Assembly: GCA_963676105.1 (NCBI GenBank)
Contig: OY781039.1
Coordinates: 750,001 to 782,000 of the forward strand
Direction: 5' to 3'
Origin: Erysipelotrichaceae bacterium
GTDB taxonomy: Bacteria > Bacillota_I > Bacilli_A > Erysipelotrichales > Erysipelotrichaceae
DNA length: 32,000 nt
Notes under the pieces: generated by a model
The model's input: only the letters and a program-made list of their open reading frames with translations
Database searches by the model: none
What the model was told of the DNA's origin: nothing
Made by a program: the position numbers and the translations under genes
Shown here: piece by piece, positions 9,549 to 18,997 of the stretch
Numbering within the stretch: the first letter of the stretch is position 1
How the letters are laid out: each line of letters begins with the position of its first letter

Positions 9549-11392
9549 GTCAACCTTTCTAAATGGAGTAATGATTGTTCTTGTTCTTGGTTAAATTGAT
9601 GGGTATATAAACGATGATAATAACCCTTTAGAGTCATGAGTTCATCATGTGTTCCATCTTCAACAATTTTACCGTGTTTTAAGACTAAAATACGATCCGA
9701 TTGAACAATCGTACTTAAACGGTGTGCCACCACAAAGGAAGTACGTCCTTTAAGCATTAAACTAATCGCATCTTGAATGATACTTTCAGTTTCAGTATCA
9801 ATGGAAGAAGTCGCTTCATCTAAGATAAAGAGTGCAGGTTTCGCCAATATCGCACGGGCAAATGAAATCAGTTGTTTTTGACCCGTTGATAATTTAGAAC
9901 CACCCTCACCAACATCAGATTGATAGCCTTCTTCTAAGTGAATGATAAAGTCATGTGCCTTAACTTGTTTTGCGGCTTCAATCACCTCTTCATCACTTGC
10001 ATCTAGTTTACCATAGCGAATATTTTCCATCACTGTTCCTGAGAATAAATGTGGACTTTGTAGAACATATCCCAAATTTGAATGGAGATAGCCAATGGAA
10101 AGATTGCGATAATCCTCTTTATCAATGAGTAATTCACCACTTTGTGGTTCATAAAAACGACAGAGTAAGTTCACTAACGAACTCTTACCACTCCCTGTTT
10201 CACCCACTAAGGCAATCGATGAGCCTGCTTTAACTTTTAAATTAAAATCAGTAAAGATTGGTTCTTCTTTTTTATAATAGAAATTGATATTTTTAAATTC
10301 AATATCACCCTTAATATCTTTATATGTATGTTCGTGTGGATCTAATAAATCCCCATATTTTTGGATGACATCCTCACGATCATATAAGGTGATTGGTTCT
10401 TCGATTAAAGAAAGGACACGCTCAGCTGATGCTTGCGCTAATTGAAACTCAGCTAAGAGTCTTGCGATTTGTCTAAGGGGTTCAAAGAACTGACCCGCAT
10501 AAGAACTAAAAAGTACTAAAGTCCCAAATTCAACCGTACCTAAAATAACCGCTTCGCCACCCTTCCAAAGAAGTAAACTACTAGAAAGTGCGCCAAGTCC
10601 CATGACCAATGGCATAAACATCGCTGATAATAAGGCTGCTTTAATCGATTCAAAACGCATAGACTTTGTTAATTCAGTAAACTCATCATGTTGAACATCT
10701 TCCATAACTAAAGTCTTTGCGGTTTTCGCGCCAGTAATTCCTTCAGAAAATGCCCCGGTAATCTTTGAATTGATTTTACGAGTTTCTCTAAATTTTTCTA
10801 AGATTTTACGTTGAAAATAAACGGAAATAAAAGCTAAGATTGGAACCGTAAATAACACCAGTAATGCTAATTGCCAATTCACAATCAACATGACAATCGC
10901 TATCCCTAAAATTAAAGCGGATCCCCAAAACAAATCAATCAGTGACCAAGAAATAATTTCCGCTAAACGACCAATATCACTGGTCATTCGAGCCATAATC
11001 CAGCCTTGTGGGGTTTTATCAAAATAACTAAAAGGAAGACGTTGAAGCTTTTCAAAACCACGCTTTCTAACTGTATAGGCAAAATCCATTTCTACCTTGC
11101 CTGCAGTATAAATAAACAAAAAGATGACAAGGGATGTGATAAGCACAAAGCCTAAATACAGACCAGCAAACTGCCAGATATTAGATGTATCCCCACTATT
11201 TGCGACATATGTATCAATCGCATACTTATGAAAGAGTGGGAAAGCAAGATCCGTTAAAGCTAAGATAATAACTAAGCCAAAGAGCGTAAATAAACGCGAT
11301 TTTTGTTCCCATATTAATAGGAAAATACGCTTCCATAAAGAGGTATCAAGGGTATCAGTATTATAGGTTTTTTCTTCAAATTTTACACTCAT
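9545..11392 (-). CDS. ABC exporter, fused permease/ATPase, consensus-site half of a heterodimer
   Basis: 615 aa, 6-TM domain plus NBD. Walker A GETGSGKSS, Walker B LFILDEATSSID (Glu present), H-loop AHRLST. The signature is degenerate (LSTGQ). Confidence 0.9.
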   Translation of the reverse strand: MSVKFEEKTYNTDTLDTSLWKRIFLLIWEQKSRLFTLFGLVIILALTDLAFPLFHKYAIDTYVANSGDTSNIWQFAGLYLGFVLITSLVIFLFIYTAGKVEMDFAYTVRKRGFEKLQRLPFSYFDKTPQGWIMARMTSDIGRLAEIISWSLIDLFWGSALILGIAIVMLIVNWQLALLVLFTVPILAFISVYFQRKILEKFRETRKINSKITGAFSEGITGAKTAKTLVMEDVQHDEFTELTKSMRFESIKAALLSAMFMPLVMGLGALSSSLLLWKGGEAVILGTVEFGTLVLFSSYAGQFFEPLRQIARLLAEFQLAQASAERVLSLIEEPITLYDREDVIQKYGDLLDPHEHTYKDIKGDIEFKNINFYYKKEEPIFTDFNLKVKAGSSIALVGETGSGKSSLVNLLCRFYEPQSGELLIDKEDYRNLSIGYLHSNLGYVLQSPHLFSGTVMENIRYGKLDASDEEVIEAAKQVKAHDFIIHLEEGYQSDVGEGGSKLSTGQKQLISFARAILAKPALFILDEATSSIDTETESIIQDAISLMLKGRTSFVVAHRLSTIVQSDRILVLKHGKIVEDGTHDELMTLKGYYHRLYTHQFNQEQEQSLLHLERLT

Positions 11393-13176
11393 GCTGCTTC
11401 ACCACCAATCGCATCTTGAATCGCCACAATTCGTTTATATAGACCCTCTTGTGTAGAAAGCTCTGCATGAGTGCCTCGTTGTGTAATTAATCCATCTTCT
11501 AAAACTAAGATCATATCAGCTTCCATCGCCGTATTAACACGGTGAGTAATAATTAAAGTTGTCACATCTTTTGAGAGTTGTTTTAAACCAGAGCGAATTG
11601 CCGCATCTGTTTCAGTATCAACCGCACTTAAAGAATCATCAAAAATTAATACAGGTGAGTTATTTACAATCGTTCGTGCAATCGCAATTCGTTGTTTTTG
11701 ACCACCTGATAAGGTCACACCTTTTTCACCCACTAAGGTTTCATAACCTTGGTCAAAATCAGAAATGACATTATGAACAGAGGCAATTTGAGCTGCTTTC
11801 ATGACGCTTGTTTCATCCGCGTTGGGTGATGCAATTCGAATATTCTCTAAAATGGTTTTTGAAAATAGATAAGGTTCTTGTAGAACAATCCCCACATTTT
11901 TACGTAAGTGATGTTTAGAAACGGTTTTAATATCATGGCCATTAATGAGTATTTGACCATCACTACTTTCATAAAGTCTTAACATTAAATGAACCAATGA
12001 ACTCTTCCCAGATCCGGTTGGACCAATAATGGCGAGTGTTTGTCCCTTTTCAGCTTTAAAACTAATGTCTTTTAAAACATCTGCTGTGCCATCATCAAAT
12101 CTAAAGCGAACATGTTTAAATTCAATATCCCCTCTAAGATTAGCTTCTGATCCCTCATATAAATCTTCTTGAGGGGTTTCTAAAATTTCATTCAATCTAG
12201 ATAATGAAACTAACATTTTCCCAAAGTCGGATAAAATACGTCCAATATGACGTATTGGCCATAAAATCATCGTTTCATAAGAAACAAATACGGTAAAATC
12301 ACCTAAGCTAATATTACCTGCTTGGGCTTCAAAAATACCAAATAAAACAACCGCAAATACTTGCGTTAAAATGATTAGGTCACTACTTGCCCAGTAGTAA
12401 GCTAGATATTCAATCAGTCTAAAGGTTATATCACGATAACTTTGATTAGATTTATCATACTTTTCAAGTTCATAAACTTCACGATTAAATGCTTTAACAA
12501 CCCTTACGCCTGATAAACTCTCTTGTAGAATAGTTGAAAGTTCCCCTTCAGCTTCATCACTCTTTAAAAATTCTTTTTGAATATTCTTAAAGAAAATATA
12601 GGCAATGATGAAAATAATTGGCATTGAAGCCACCGCAACCCAAGCAAGTTTGACATAAATCCCAAATAAAACCGTTAAGGCAATAATCGCAGTCGCAATA
12701 CTATAAACAAGTTCAGAATATTGAGTGGCTAAAAAACGTCTGATTGTATCAACATCAGAAGTTACGCGTTGAATTAAATCCCCTGTTTTTGAATTAACAT
12801 GGGTATGATAAGACCAATGCTGAATATGAGAAAAGAGTTCATTGCGCATTTTTTCCGCAAATCGCTCTGAAATAATCCCATTAAAGCGTCCTCTTAAATA
12901 CATTAAAAACACACGGGCTAGAGTCACTAACATAATCATTAGTGCCCCAAGATATAAGTGTGATCGTATATTGTTCACGCCCCCAAAAACATTGGCATAA
13001 GCTTGAATAAAGCTGTTTTCTACCGGTAATCCATTAATAACACTGTCAATGATAAAACCGAGTAATAAGGGGGTAAATAAGACAAAAAACACCAAGAAGA
13101 TAACGGTGCTTGTTAAAACTAAGCCTAAAAAACGATAGCCTTTTAAATAAGACCATAAAACTTTTAATTCTTTCAC
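11389..13176 (-). CDS. ABC exporter, fused permease/ATPase, degenerate-site half of a heterodimer
   Basis: 595 aa. Walker A GPTGSGKSS and signature LSGGQKQR. Walker B is LIFDDSLSAVD, with the catalytic Glu replaced by Asp. GTG start; the AGGAG box lies 13 nt upstream. Confidence 0.88.
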   Translation of the reverse strand: MKELKVLWSYLKGYRFLGLVLTSTVIFLVFFVLFTPLLLGFIIDSVINGLPVENSFIQAYANVFGGVNNIRSHLYLGALMIMLVTLARVFLMYLRGRFNGIISERFAEKMRNELFSHIQHWSYHTHVNSKTGDLIQRVTSDVDTIRRFLATQYSELVYSIATAIIALTVLFGIYVKLAWVAVASMPIIFIIAYIFFKNIQKEFLKSDEAEGELSTILQESLSGVRVVKAFNREVYELEKYDKSNQSYRDITFRLIEYLAYYWASSDLIILTQVFAVVLFGIFEAQAGNISLGDFTVFVSYETMILWPIRHIGRILSDFGKMLVSLSRLNEILETPQEDLYEGSEANLRGDIEFKHVRFRFDDGTADVLKDISFKAEKGQTLAIIGPTGSGKSSLVHLMLRLYESSDGQILINGHDIKTVSKHHLRKNVGIVLQEPYLFSKTILENIRIASPNADETSVMKAAQIASVHNVISDFDQGYETLVGEKGVTLSGGQKQRIAIARTIVNNSPVLIFDDSLSAVDTETDAAIRSGLKQLSKDVTTLIITHRVNTAMEADMILVLEDGLITQRGTHAELSTQEGLYKRIVAIQDAIGGEAA

Positions 13177-13224
13177 GAAAAATATTATACTCCTATTAAT
13201 TCTAAAAGCTTTGAAAAAGCTTGC

Positions 13225-13722
13225 CTAAATTCTTAAACGTTTCAAGATTTCAATCGCCAACAGTCCTGTGAGTAAGCCTGTTGGTATACTTGAAAACCAT
13301 AAAACAGGTAACCAATAAATCATATAGACCGTTTGATTAATAAAGATCAGTGCCACAATTTGACCTAAGCCATGAAAAGCCGCTGATGCCATACTGATCC
13401 CAATCACGGATAATTTGTTGTGTTTATATAAGACAATGGATATAAAGGTGGACAAAATCACACCGGTTAACGATAACCAAAAACCAGTCCCAAAGATAAT
13501 CCCTTTTAACAATGATGCGATTAGAACACGCATTAAATTGAGGATAATCATTTCCTTAATCCCGAAAAGATACAAGGCAACTAAACCTAAGACATTCGCA
13601 AGACCAAATTTTACCCCTGGAACTGGAATGGGTAATGAGGGTTCAATCATGTGCAACATGATACTCATCGCCAACAACATCGTAATAAGTGTTAAGCGTC
13701 GGGTTGAAGATAAGCGTCTCAT
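13225..13722 (-). CDS. Gx transporter family membrane protein (Hpre_diP_synt_I / PF07456-like)
   Basis: 165 aa, ~5 TM. GVKFGLANVLGL and AFHGLGQIV motifs. Usual partner of the NusG-II protein encoded immediately upstream. Confidence 0.78.
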   Translation of the reverse strand: MRRLSSTRRLTLITMLLAMSIMLHMIEPSLPIPVPGVKFGLANVLGLVALYLFGIKEMIILNLMRVLIASLLKGIIFGTGFWLSLTGVILSTFISIVLYKHNKLSVIGISMASAAFHGLGQIVALIFINQTVYMIYWLPVLWFSSIPTGLLTGLLAIEILKRLRI

Positions 13723-14108
13723 GAGATCACCGTATCTTCATTATTCGGACGATTATTAGATCCTTCTATTAAAATCACAATATGATTGGGTAAACAAACA
13801 ATCGGAACATTCGCATATTCTACCCAACCTTGGATTGAACAGAGATGATATGGGGATGTTTCTTTTTCAACTCTTATTCTTCCATCGACCACTTCTATAA
13901 AGACGTCCCCAAGTGTTCCACTTACGGTATACGTATTATCACTACTCATATCAATTCTTAAGACTTCTTCATTTTTATACGAAACGACCGCAATTTTTTG
14001 CCCTGAGGTACTTGCGCGCACAAAAAATTCCATGGACGCATATAAAATAACAGAGGTCACAAGGATAAATATCATTAAAATTTTGTCATATCGATTTAAC
14101 TGTTTCAT
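13719..14108 (-). CDS. NusG domain II-containing (DUF1312) membrane-anchored protein
   Basis: 129 aa. N-terminal TM, then ...IEVVDGRIRVEKETSPYHLCSIQGWV...VPIVCLPNHIVILIEG. 4-nt overlaps with both neighbours. Confidence 0.78.
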   Translation of the reverse strand: MKQLNRYDKILMIFILVTSVILYASMEFFVRASTSGQKIAVVSYKNEEVLRIDMSSDNTYTVSGTLGDVFIEVVDGRIRVEKETSPYHLCSIQGWVEYANVPIVCLPNHIVILIEGSNNRPNNEDTVIS

Positions 14109-15601
14109 TCGTATTCTTTATAAGAGAGTAATGCAGACACTGAATCTTTCCAGTGTTTAAGAGCTTCAGATCTTTGTGTCACACTCATTTGTGGGGTAAA
14201 GATCTTCTCTTCAGACCACTTATTGTATAAATCAAGTTCACTTTCAACCCAACCTAAACTTAAGGCGGCCATCATCGCACCCCCAAAAGCGGCAGTTTCA
14301 TGAATCTTTGGACGTATTACGTTAAAGTTTGAAATACCTGATTGAAATTCTAAAAGAAAGTCATACTTAGAGAATTCACCATCGACATAGATTTCTTGAA
14401 CCTTTAAGCCTGAATCCATTTCCATCAGTTTAATCATGTCGCGTGATTGAAAAGCTAGAGCTTCAACAGATGCCCTAACCACATGGGCAATCGAAGTCGA
14501 TCGTGTAATCCCAAACATCGCAGCTTTTAAGTCAGATCGCCAATAAGGAGCACCCATCCCAACAAAGGCTGGCACAAAGACAACCCCTTCATCATCTTCA
14601 ACAGATCTTGATAAGTTTTCGATTTCGCCCGCACTTTCAATGAGTCTTAAACCATCTCTAAGCCAGTGAATTGCTTCACCTGCACTAAAGACAGAACCTT
14701 CTAAGGCATAGGTCACTTCCCCATTTTTTCGCCAAGCAATCGTTGAGATTAAACCTTTTTTAGATACAATCTTTTGATCACCAGTATTCATGAGTAAGAA
14801 ACAACCAGAACCATAGGTATTTTTAACGTCCCCTTTATGGATACACATTTGTCCAAACAAGGAGGCATGTTGAGAAGCAATCACAGACGCAATAGGGATT
14901 TCTGCCCCAAAGACATCTTTATCTGTGTGCCCAACAATTTCATTATTATCCACAATCTTAGGTAAGATTGACATCGGGATACCCCAAATATCACAGAGTT
15001 TCGCATCCCATTCACAAGTATCAATGTTCATTAAAAGTGTACGTGATGCATTTGACACATCCGTCACATGAACTTTACCGGCCGTAAGTTTATAAATTAA
15101 CCAAGTATCCACTGTCCCAAATAAAATATCACCACAAGAAGCACCTACTTGACATTCCGAATGTTCATCTAAGATAAAACGAATTTTAGAGGCTGAGAAA
15201 ATCGCATCAATCATTAAGCCAGTACGCTTCTTCACAAACGGTACATAGCCTTTCTTTTTCATATCTTCACAATAGAAAGAAGATTGACGAGATTGCCATA
15301 CCAAAGCTGGCGCAATCGGTTCATGGGTGTTTTTATCCCACATAATTGTTGTTTCTCTTTGATTAACAATTGATATACCTGCTAAATCTGAAACTTTCAT
15401 ACGAGCTTGCGTTAAAGCTTCTTGTACGACTTTTTGAACAGATTCAAACATTTTATTGGCATCTTGATTGACCCAGGCAGGATGTGGATAATCACATTCG
15501 AGTTTGGTTTGGGCTTTAGCTACTATTGAAAAATTCTCATCAAAAAGAATCGCTCGTGAGAACGATGTTCCTTGTTGAATAACACAAATGACTTTAGCCA
15601 T
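14105..15601 (-). CDS. FGGY-family glycerol-kinase paralog with substituted catalytic residues
   Basis: 498 aa, collinear with GlpK: NQRETT, LVWQSRQ, GTVDTWLIYKLT, TDVSNASRT, KNTYGSGCF, PAFVGMGAPYW. The canonical DQGTTSSR, DPYFSG, GDQQAALFGQ and VDGGA motifs are altered (see findings). Confidence 0.85.
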   Translation of the reverse strand: MAKVICVIQQGTSFSRAILFDENFSIVAKAQTKLECDYPHPAWVNQDANKMFESVQKVVQEALTQARMKVSDLAGISIVNQRETTIMWDKNTHEPIAPALVWQSRQSSFYCEDMKKKGYVPFVKKRTGLMIDAIFSASKIRFILDEHSECQVGASCGDILFGTVDTWLIYKLTAGKVHVTDVSNASRTLLMNIDTCEWDAKLCDIWGIPMSILPKIVDNNEIVGHTDKDVFGAEIPIASVIASQHASLFGQMCIHKGDVKNTYGSGCFLLMNTGDQKIVSKKGLISTIAWRKNGEVTYALEGSVFSAGEAIHWLRDGLRLIESAGEIENLSRSVEDDEGVVFVPAFVGMGAPYWRSDLKAAMFGITRSTSIAHVVRASVEALAFQSRDMIKLMEMDSGLKVQEIYVDGEFSKYDFLLEFQSGISNFNVIRPKIHETAAFGGAMMAALSLGWVESELDLYNKWSEEKIFTPQMSVTQRSEALKHWKDSVSALLSYKEYE

Positions 15602-15618
15602 AACCCTACTCCTTATGT

Positions 15619-16449
15619 TTAAACATGTTTATGCAGTAATGCGCAAACATCTTCTACTAATTTGAGTGTATTCCCATTATCATTCACAGGATTAAACTCA
15701 ACGATATCGAGTGACTTTAAACTTGTATGATCAAAGACATGATCAAGTACTTTTAAAATCTCTGTTTGATTAAAACCTTCTTTTACCGGTGTATTAACCC
15801 CTGGGATCAAAGCAGGATCCATTGAATCACAATCAAATGAACAGTGGACATTAGGATGTTTTACCATAAATTGATTAATTTCTTGGATACACCATTCTAA
15901 ACCTTTTTCAACGATTTCGTCCATCCATATTATATTCACACCCCAGTCATTCATCAGTTTTTCTTCTTCTGTATCTAAACTACGAATACCAACGGTTAAG
16001 ATATTTTGTGATGGGACATAATGGTCCATGATAGACACTAAATCAGCATGACCATAGCCTTGAGTGATTGCTAAAGGCATACCATGGATACGTTTTGAGA
16101 TTGAAGACTTGTCAGTATTACAATCACCATGGGCATCAATCCATAAAACTGCCCAATCATCATTTTGTGCGCTAGCCGCAATTGATCCAATCGCCAAGGC
16201 ATGATCACCACCAAAAACGATTGGAAAAGCTTTGTCTTTTGTGTGTTTTAAAATACTTTCTTTTAGGCGTTTATTTAAATCAGTGATTGCACTTAGATAC
16301 AAAGGATTTTCATTTTTTAATAAACTTTGATTAATCTCTAGAATTTCTTCCATTTCAATGCTTTGATTTAAAACCTGCATGGCTTTCTCGCCACCTGCTA
16401 AATCACACCCTTGAACTAAATTAACACCGATATGTATAATCTTTTCCAT
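15619..16449 (-). CDS. rocF: Arginase-family ureohydrolase (arginase-like)
   Basis: 276 aa. Mn-ligand motifs GGDHALAIGS, WIDAHGDCNT, SFDCDSMDP, LDIVEFNP. The arginase-like IHGMPLA is also present. Confidence 0.8.
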   Translation of the reverse strand: MEKIIHIGVNLVQGCDLAGGEKAMQVLNQSIEMEEILEINQSLLKNENPLYLSAITDLNKRLKESILKHTKDKAFPIVFGGDHALAIGSIAASAQNDDWAVLWIDAHGDCNTDKSSISKRIHGMPLAITQGYGHADLVSIMDHYVPSQNILTVGIRSLDTEEEKLMNDWGVNIIWMDEIVEKGLEWCIQEINQFMVKHPNVHCSFDCDSMDPALIPGVNTPVKEGFNQTEILKVLDHVFDHTSLKSLDIVEFNPVNDNGNTLKLVEDVCALLHKHV

Positions 16450-16482
16450 ACTTAACTATTATACTCACTCTTTTCTTAAAAA

Positions 16483-16501
16483 AGAACGGTTGACCCGTTC
16501 T
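16483..16501 (-). terminator. Intrinsic terminator after ktrA
   Basis: Minus-strand RNA AGAACGG-GUCAA-CCGUUCU followed by UUUUUAAG. The stem overlaps the ktrA stop codon. Confidence 0.6.
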
Positions 16502-17168
16502 ATATTTTTCCCTTATACTCCATTGCTTCAAACTTTTTATTTTCCGCAATAACCAATAAGAAATCATCCCCATTAACCATATAATTCGCGGTTAAATCAA
16601 CGTTAAGTTTACCCTCTTTTTCAGTACGATAGCCTAAAACGTTGACACCATATTCACGTCTTAAGTGTAAATCAATTAAAGCCTTGCCATGCCACTCTTC
16701 AGGTGCTTTGATTTCAAGTAAGGAGTAATCCTCATCGATATCAACCATATCCATAACGTTTTCACTCATTAAGGACTTCGCAACACGAACACCCATTTCT
16801 TTTTCAGGACGAACGACACGATCAGCCCCAATTTTAAGAAGAATTTGTAAGTTAATTTTATTTTTAGCTTTCGCAATGATATAAGGAATACCTAGTTCTT
16901 TTAAATGTAAAACAGCCATAATAGAAGCTTCAAGTTTTGACCCCGTCGCAATAATAGCGGTATCAACATCCGCAACCCCTGACATACGAAGTTGTTCAAT
17001 ATCCGTGAAATCAGCTTGAACCGCTTGGGTTACATAATCACTGACACGTTCAACATTAACCATGTCTAAATCCATCCCAATGACATCATAACCATTTTCA
17101 CTTAGAGTTTTCGCAATCGTAGAACCAAAGATTCCAAGACCTAAAATCGCAAATGTTTTTCTTTTCAT
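16500..17168 (-). CDS. ktrA: K+ uptake system NAD-binding subunit (TrkA/KtrA)
   Basis: 222 aa. Rossmann motif AILGLGIFGSTIA (RCK_N) plus an RCK_C-like C-terminus. Confidence 0.85.
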   Translation of the reverse strand: MKRKTFAILGLGIFGSTIAKTLSENGYDVIGMDLDMVNVERVSDYVTQAVQADFTDIEQLRMSGVADVDTAIIATGSKLEASIMAVLHLKELGIPYIIAKAKNKINLQILLKIGADRVVRPEKEMGVRVAKSLMSENVMDMVDIDEDYSLLEIKAPEEWHGKALIDLHLRREYGVNVLGYRTEKEGKLNVDLTANYMVNGDDFLLVIAENKKFEAMEYKGKI

Positions 17169-17171
17169 AAC

Positions 17172-18560
17172 TTAACCGATGAGAATATCCGCTTTTGGAT
17201 AATTCACTTCAATTCCTTTCTTCGTATTACTATTAATAGACAAGATCATGGTTAGTGGACCAATACGTCCAATAAACATCAATAATATAATAATCCATTT
17301 TCCTAAAAAACTTAAACGAGCGGTAATACCTGTACTTAAACCAACCGTCGCAATCGCACTCGCTGCCTCAAACATTATCTCAGGTAATGTGAAGTTTTCT
17401 GTAATTGTAAGTAGGATAATACCCACAAATAAAATACTGAGTAGAATAACCACAATAATAAAGGCTTTTCTAAATTGATCTCGACCAATACTACGATTAA
17501 AGACCGTAATCGAGTCTTTACCACGAAGTTCTGCGATGACCATTAAAATTAAAATCGCAAAAGTCGTTGTTTTAAAGCCCCCAGCCGTCCCACCAGGTGA
17601 ACCCCCAATAATCATATAGATCATCATAAACAGTAAGGTATAGACTCTAAAGTTACCAACATTTAAAAATGAGAAGCCCGCTGTACGTAAGGTAATGGAA
17701 TGAAATAGTGCATTTAAGAGTTTATCCCATAAACTTAAAGGGCCAAAGCTTTCTGGATTATTAAATTCAAATAAGACAAAGAAGATAAAACCACTGATAA
17801 TTAAGCTTTCTGTCATAAAGATAACCAATTTTACGTGGACTTGGAAATGCTTAAGCACAAAACGAATTTTTTGTTTCCCTTTTAAGATGAGTTTTGAACC
17901 TTGGGAGAAATCAAACCAAACACCAAAACCTAAGCCCCCCATGACAATTAAAGATGCCACGGTTAAGAGTACAATTGGATCAGAAACATAATTTCCTAAA
18001 GAGTTTGCGCCAAATGGATCAAACCCCGCATTACAGAAGGCTGAAACTGAAATAAAGACTGAGTTAAATAAACCTTCCGCCAGCCCAAATTCAGGCACAA
18101 AACGTGTTGCTAGGACAATGACACCTAAAATCTCAAAAAAGGCTGTGTATTTTACAATTGCTTGAATAAAATGATGAAAGTCATGAAAGGTATTACGATT
18201 AACCGCTTCAGACATCGCCATTTTAGCCGATAATGTTAGCTTACCTTCAATAAATATGAGGAATAAGGCAATGAGCGTCATTAAACCTAAACCACCAATT
18301 TGCATAAGAACAATCATCACAATCTTACCGAAAACAGTAAATTGTGTTTGGACCACTAGAGTGGATAAACCGGTCACACAAACCGCTGATGTTGCGGTAA
18401 AGATATAATCAATTAAAGGGAGTAAAGGCTGTGCATTACTAATCGGTAAAATCAATAAAAAAGTCCCCACCAAAATAACCCCTAAGAAACTCAGAGCGAT
18501 TTGTTGAGTTGGACTTTTAACTGATATCCACGCTTTAAAACGATCGTAATATTTTTTCAT
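17172..18560 (-). CDS. ktrB: K+ transporter membrane subunit (TrkH/KtrB)
   Basis: 462 aa polytopic protein. Repeated selectivity-filter-like segments: TGLS, NAGF, RTAGF, TVGLSTG. Confidence 0.85.
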   Translation of the reverse strand: MKKYYDRFKAWISVKSPTQQIALSFLGVILVGTFLLILPISNAQPLLPLIDYIFTATSAVCVTGLSTLVVQTQFTVFGKIVMIVLMQIGGLGLMTLIALFLIFIEGKLTLSAKMAMSEAVNRNTFHDFHHFIQAIVKYTAFFEILGVIVLATRFVPEFGLAEGLFNSVFISVSAFCNAGFDPFGANSLGNYVSDPIVLLTVASLIVMGGLGFGVWFDFSQGSKLILKGKQKIRFVLKHFQVHVKLVIFMTESLIISGFIFFVLFEFNNPESFGPLSLWDKLLNALFHSITLRTAGFSFLNVGNFRVYTLLFMMIYMIIGGSPGGTAGGFKTTTFAILILMVIAELRGKDSITVFNRSIGRDQFRKAFIIVVILLSILFVGIILLTITENFTLPEIMFEAASAIATVGLSTGITARLSFLGKWIIILLMFIGRIGPLTMILSINSNTKKGIEVNYPKADILIG

Positions 18561-18604
18561 AAAACCTTTTTAATCATATGCCTTTTATTCAAAAAATCAA
18601 GAAA

Positions 18605-18997
18605 CTAGACAAATTCAAGTTCTAATGTGATATCCGCAACCTTTGAAATGGTCGCATAAACGCTACAATATTGAGTTGCTAAATCCATTGATTTACGGAT
18701 TTGTGCTTCCTTTTCATGTTTTGGGCAAGTCACCTTTATAAACACTTTCTCTAAAGTCGTGGGGGGTGTTTCTTTCTTTTCACCTGATACTTCATAATTT
18801 ACATAATCGAGTTCAATTCTTTTCTTTACTAAAATATCTAGAAAGGTGGAATGCAAACAGGAAGCTAAAGCACCTTGAAGCATGTCATAAGGACGTGCCT
18901 TATCATCTTCAATTCCTATCCCTATTTCACCTTGTTTTAAAACAAGTTTTCCATTAAAACCTTTTTCAAAGTTGATTTTCGCATTTACTTGACTCAT
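18605..18997 (-). CDS. OsmC/Ohr-family protein
   Basis: 130 aa. Two conserved Cys contexts (ALASCLHSTF and ATQYCSVYATI). The start overlaps the GGDEF gene stop by 4 nt. Confidence 0.78.
   Translation of the reverse strand: MSQVNAKINFEKGFNGKLVLKQGEIGIGIEDDKARPYDMLQGALASCLHSTFLDILVKKRIELDYVNYEVSGEKKETPPTTLEKVFIKVTCPKHEKEAQIRKSMDLATQYCSVYATISKVADITLELEFV

Noticed and set aside
13206-13222. Hairpin AAGCUUU-UUC-AAAGCUU just after the Gx-transporter stop, upstream of the ABC exporter genes.
   Set aside because: It has only 7 bp with two G-C pairs, a 3-nt loop and no real U-tract. That is too weak to call a terminator. It may be a minor processing or pausing site.
18561-18604. Possible c-di-AMP (ydaO/kimA-type) riboswitch or other leader upstream of ktrB, since K+ transporter genes often carry one.
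   Set aside because: The intergenic space is only 44 nt, which is too short for any known riboswitch. It holds at most a TTGATT/TATGAT promoter-like pair and the RBS.
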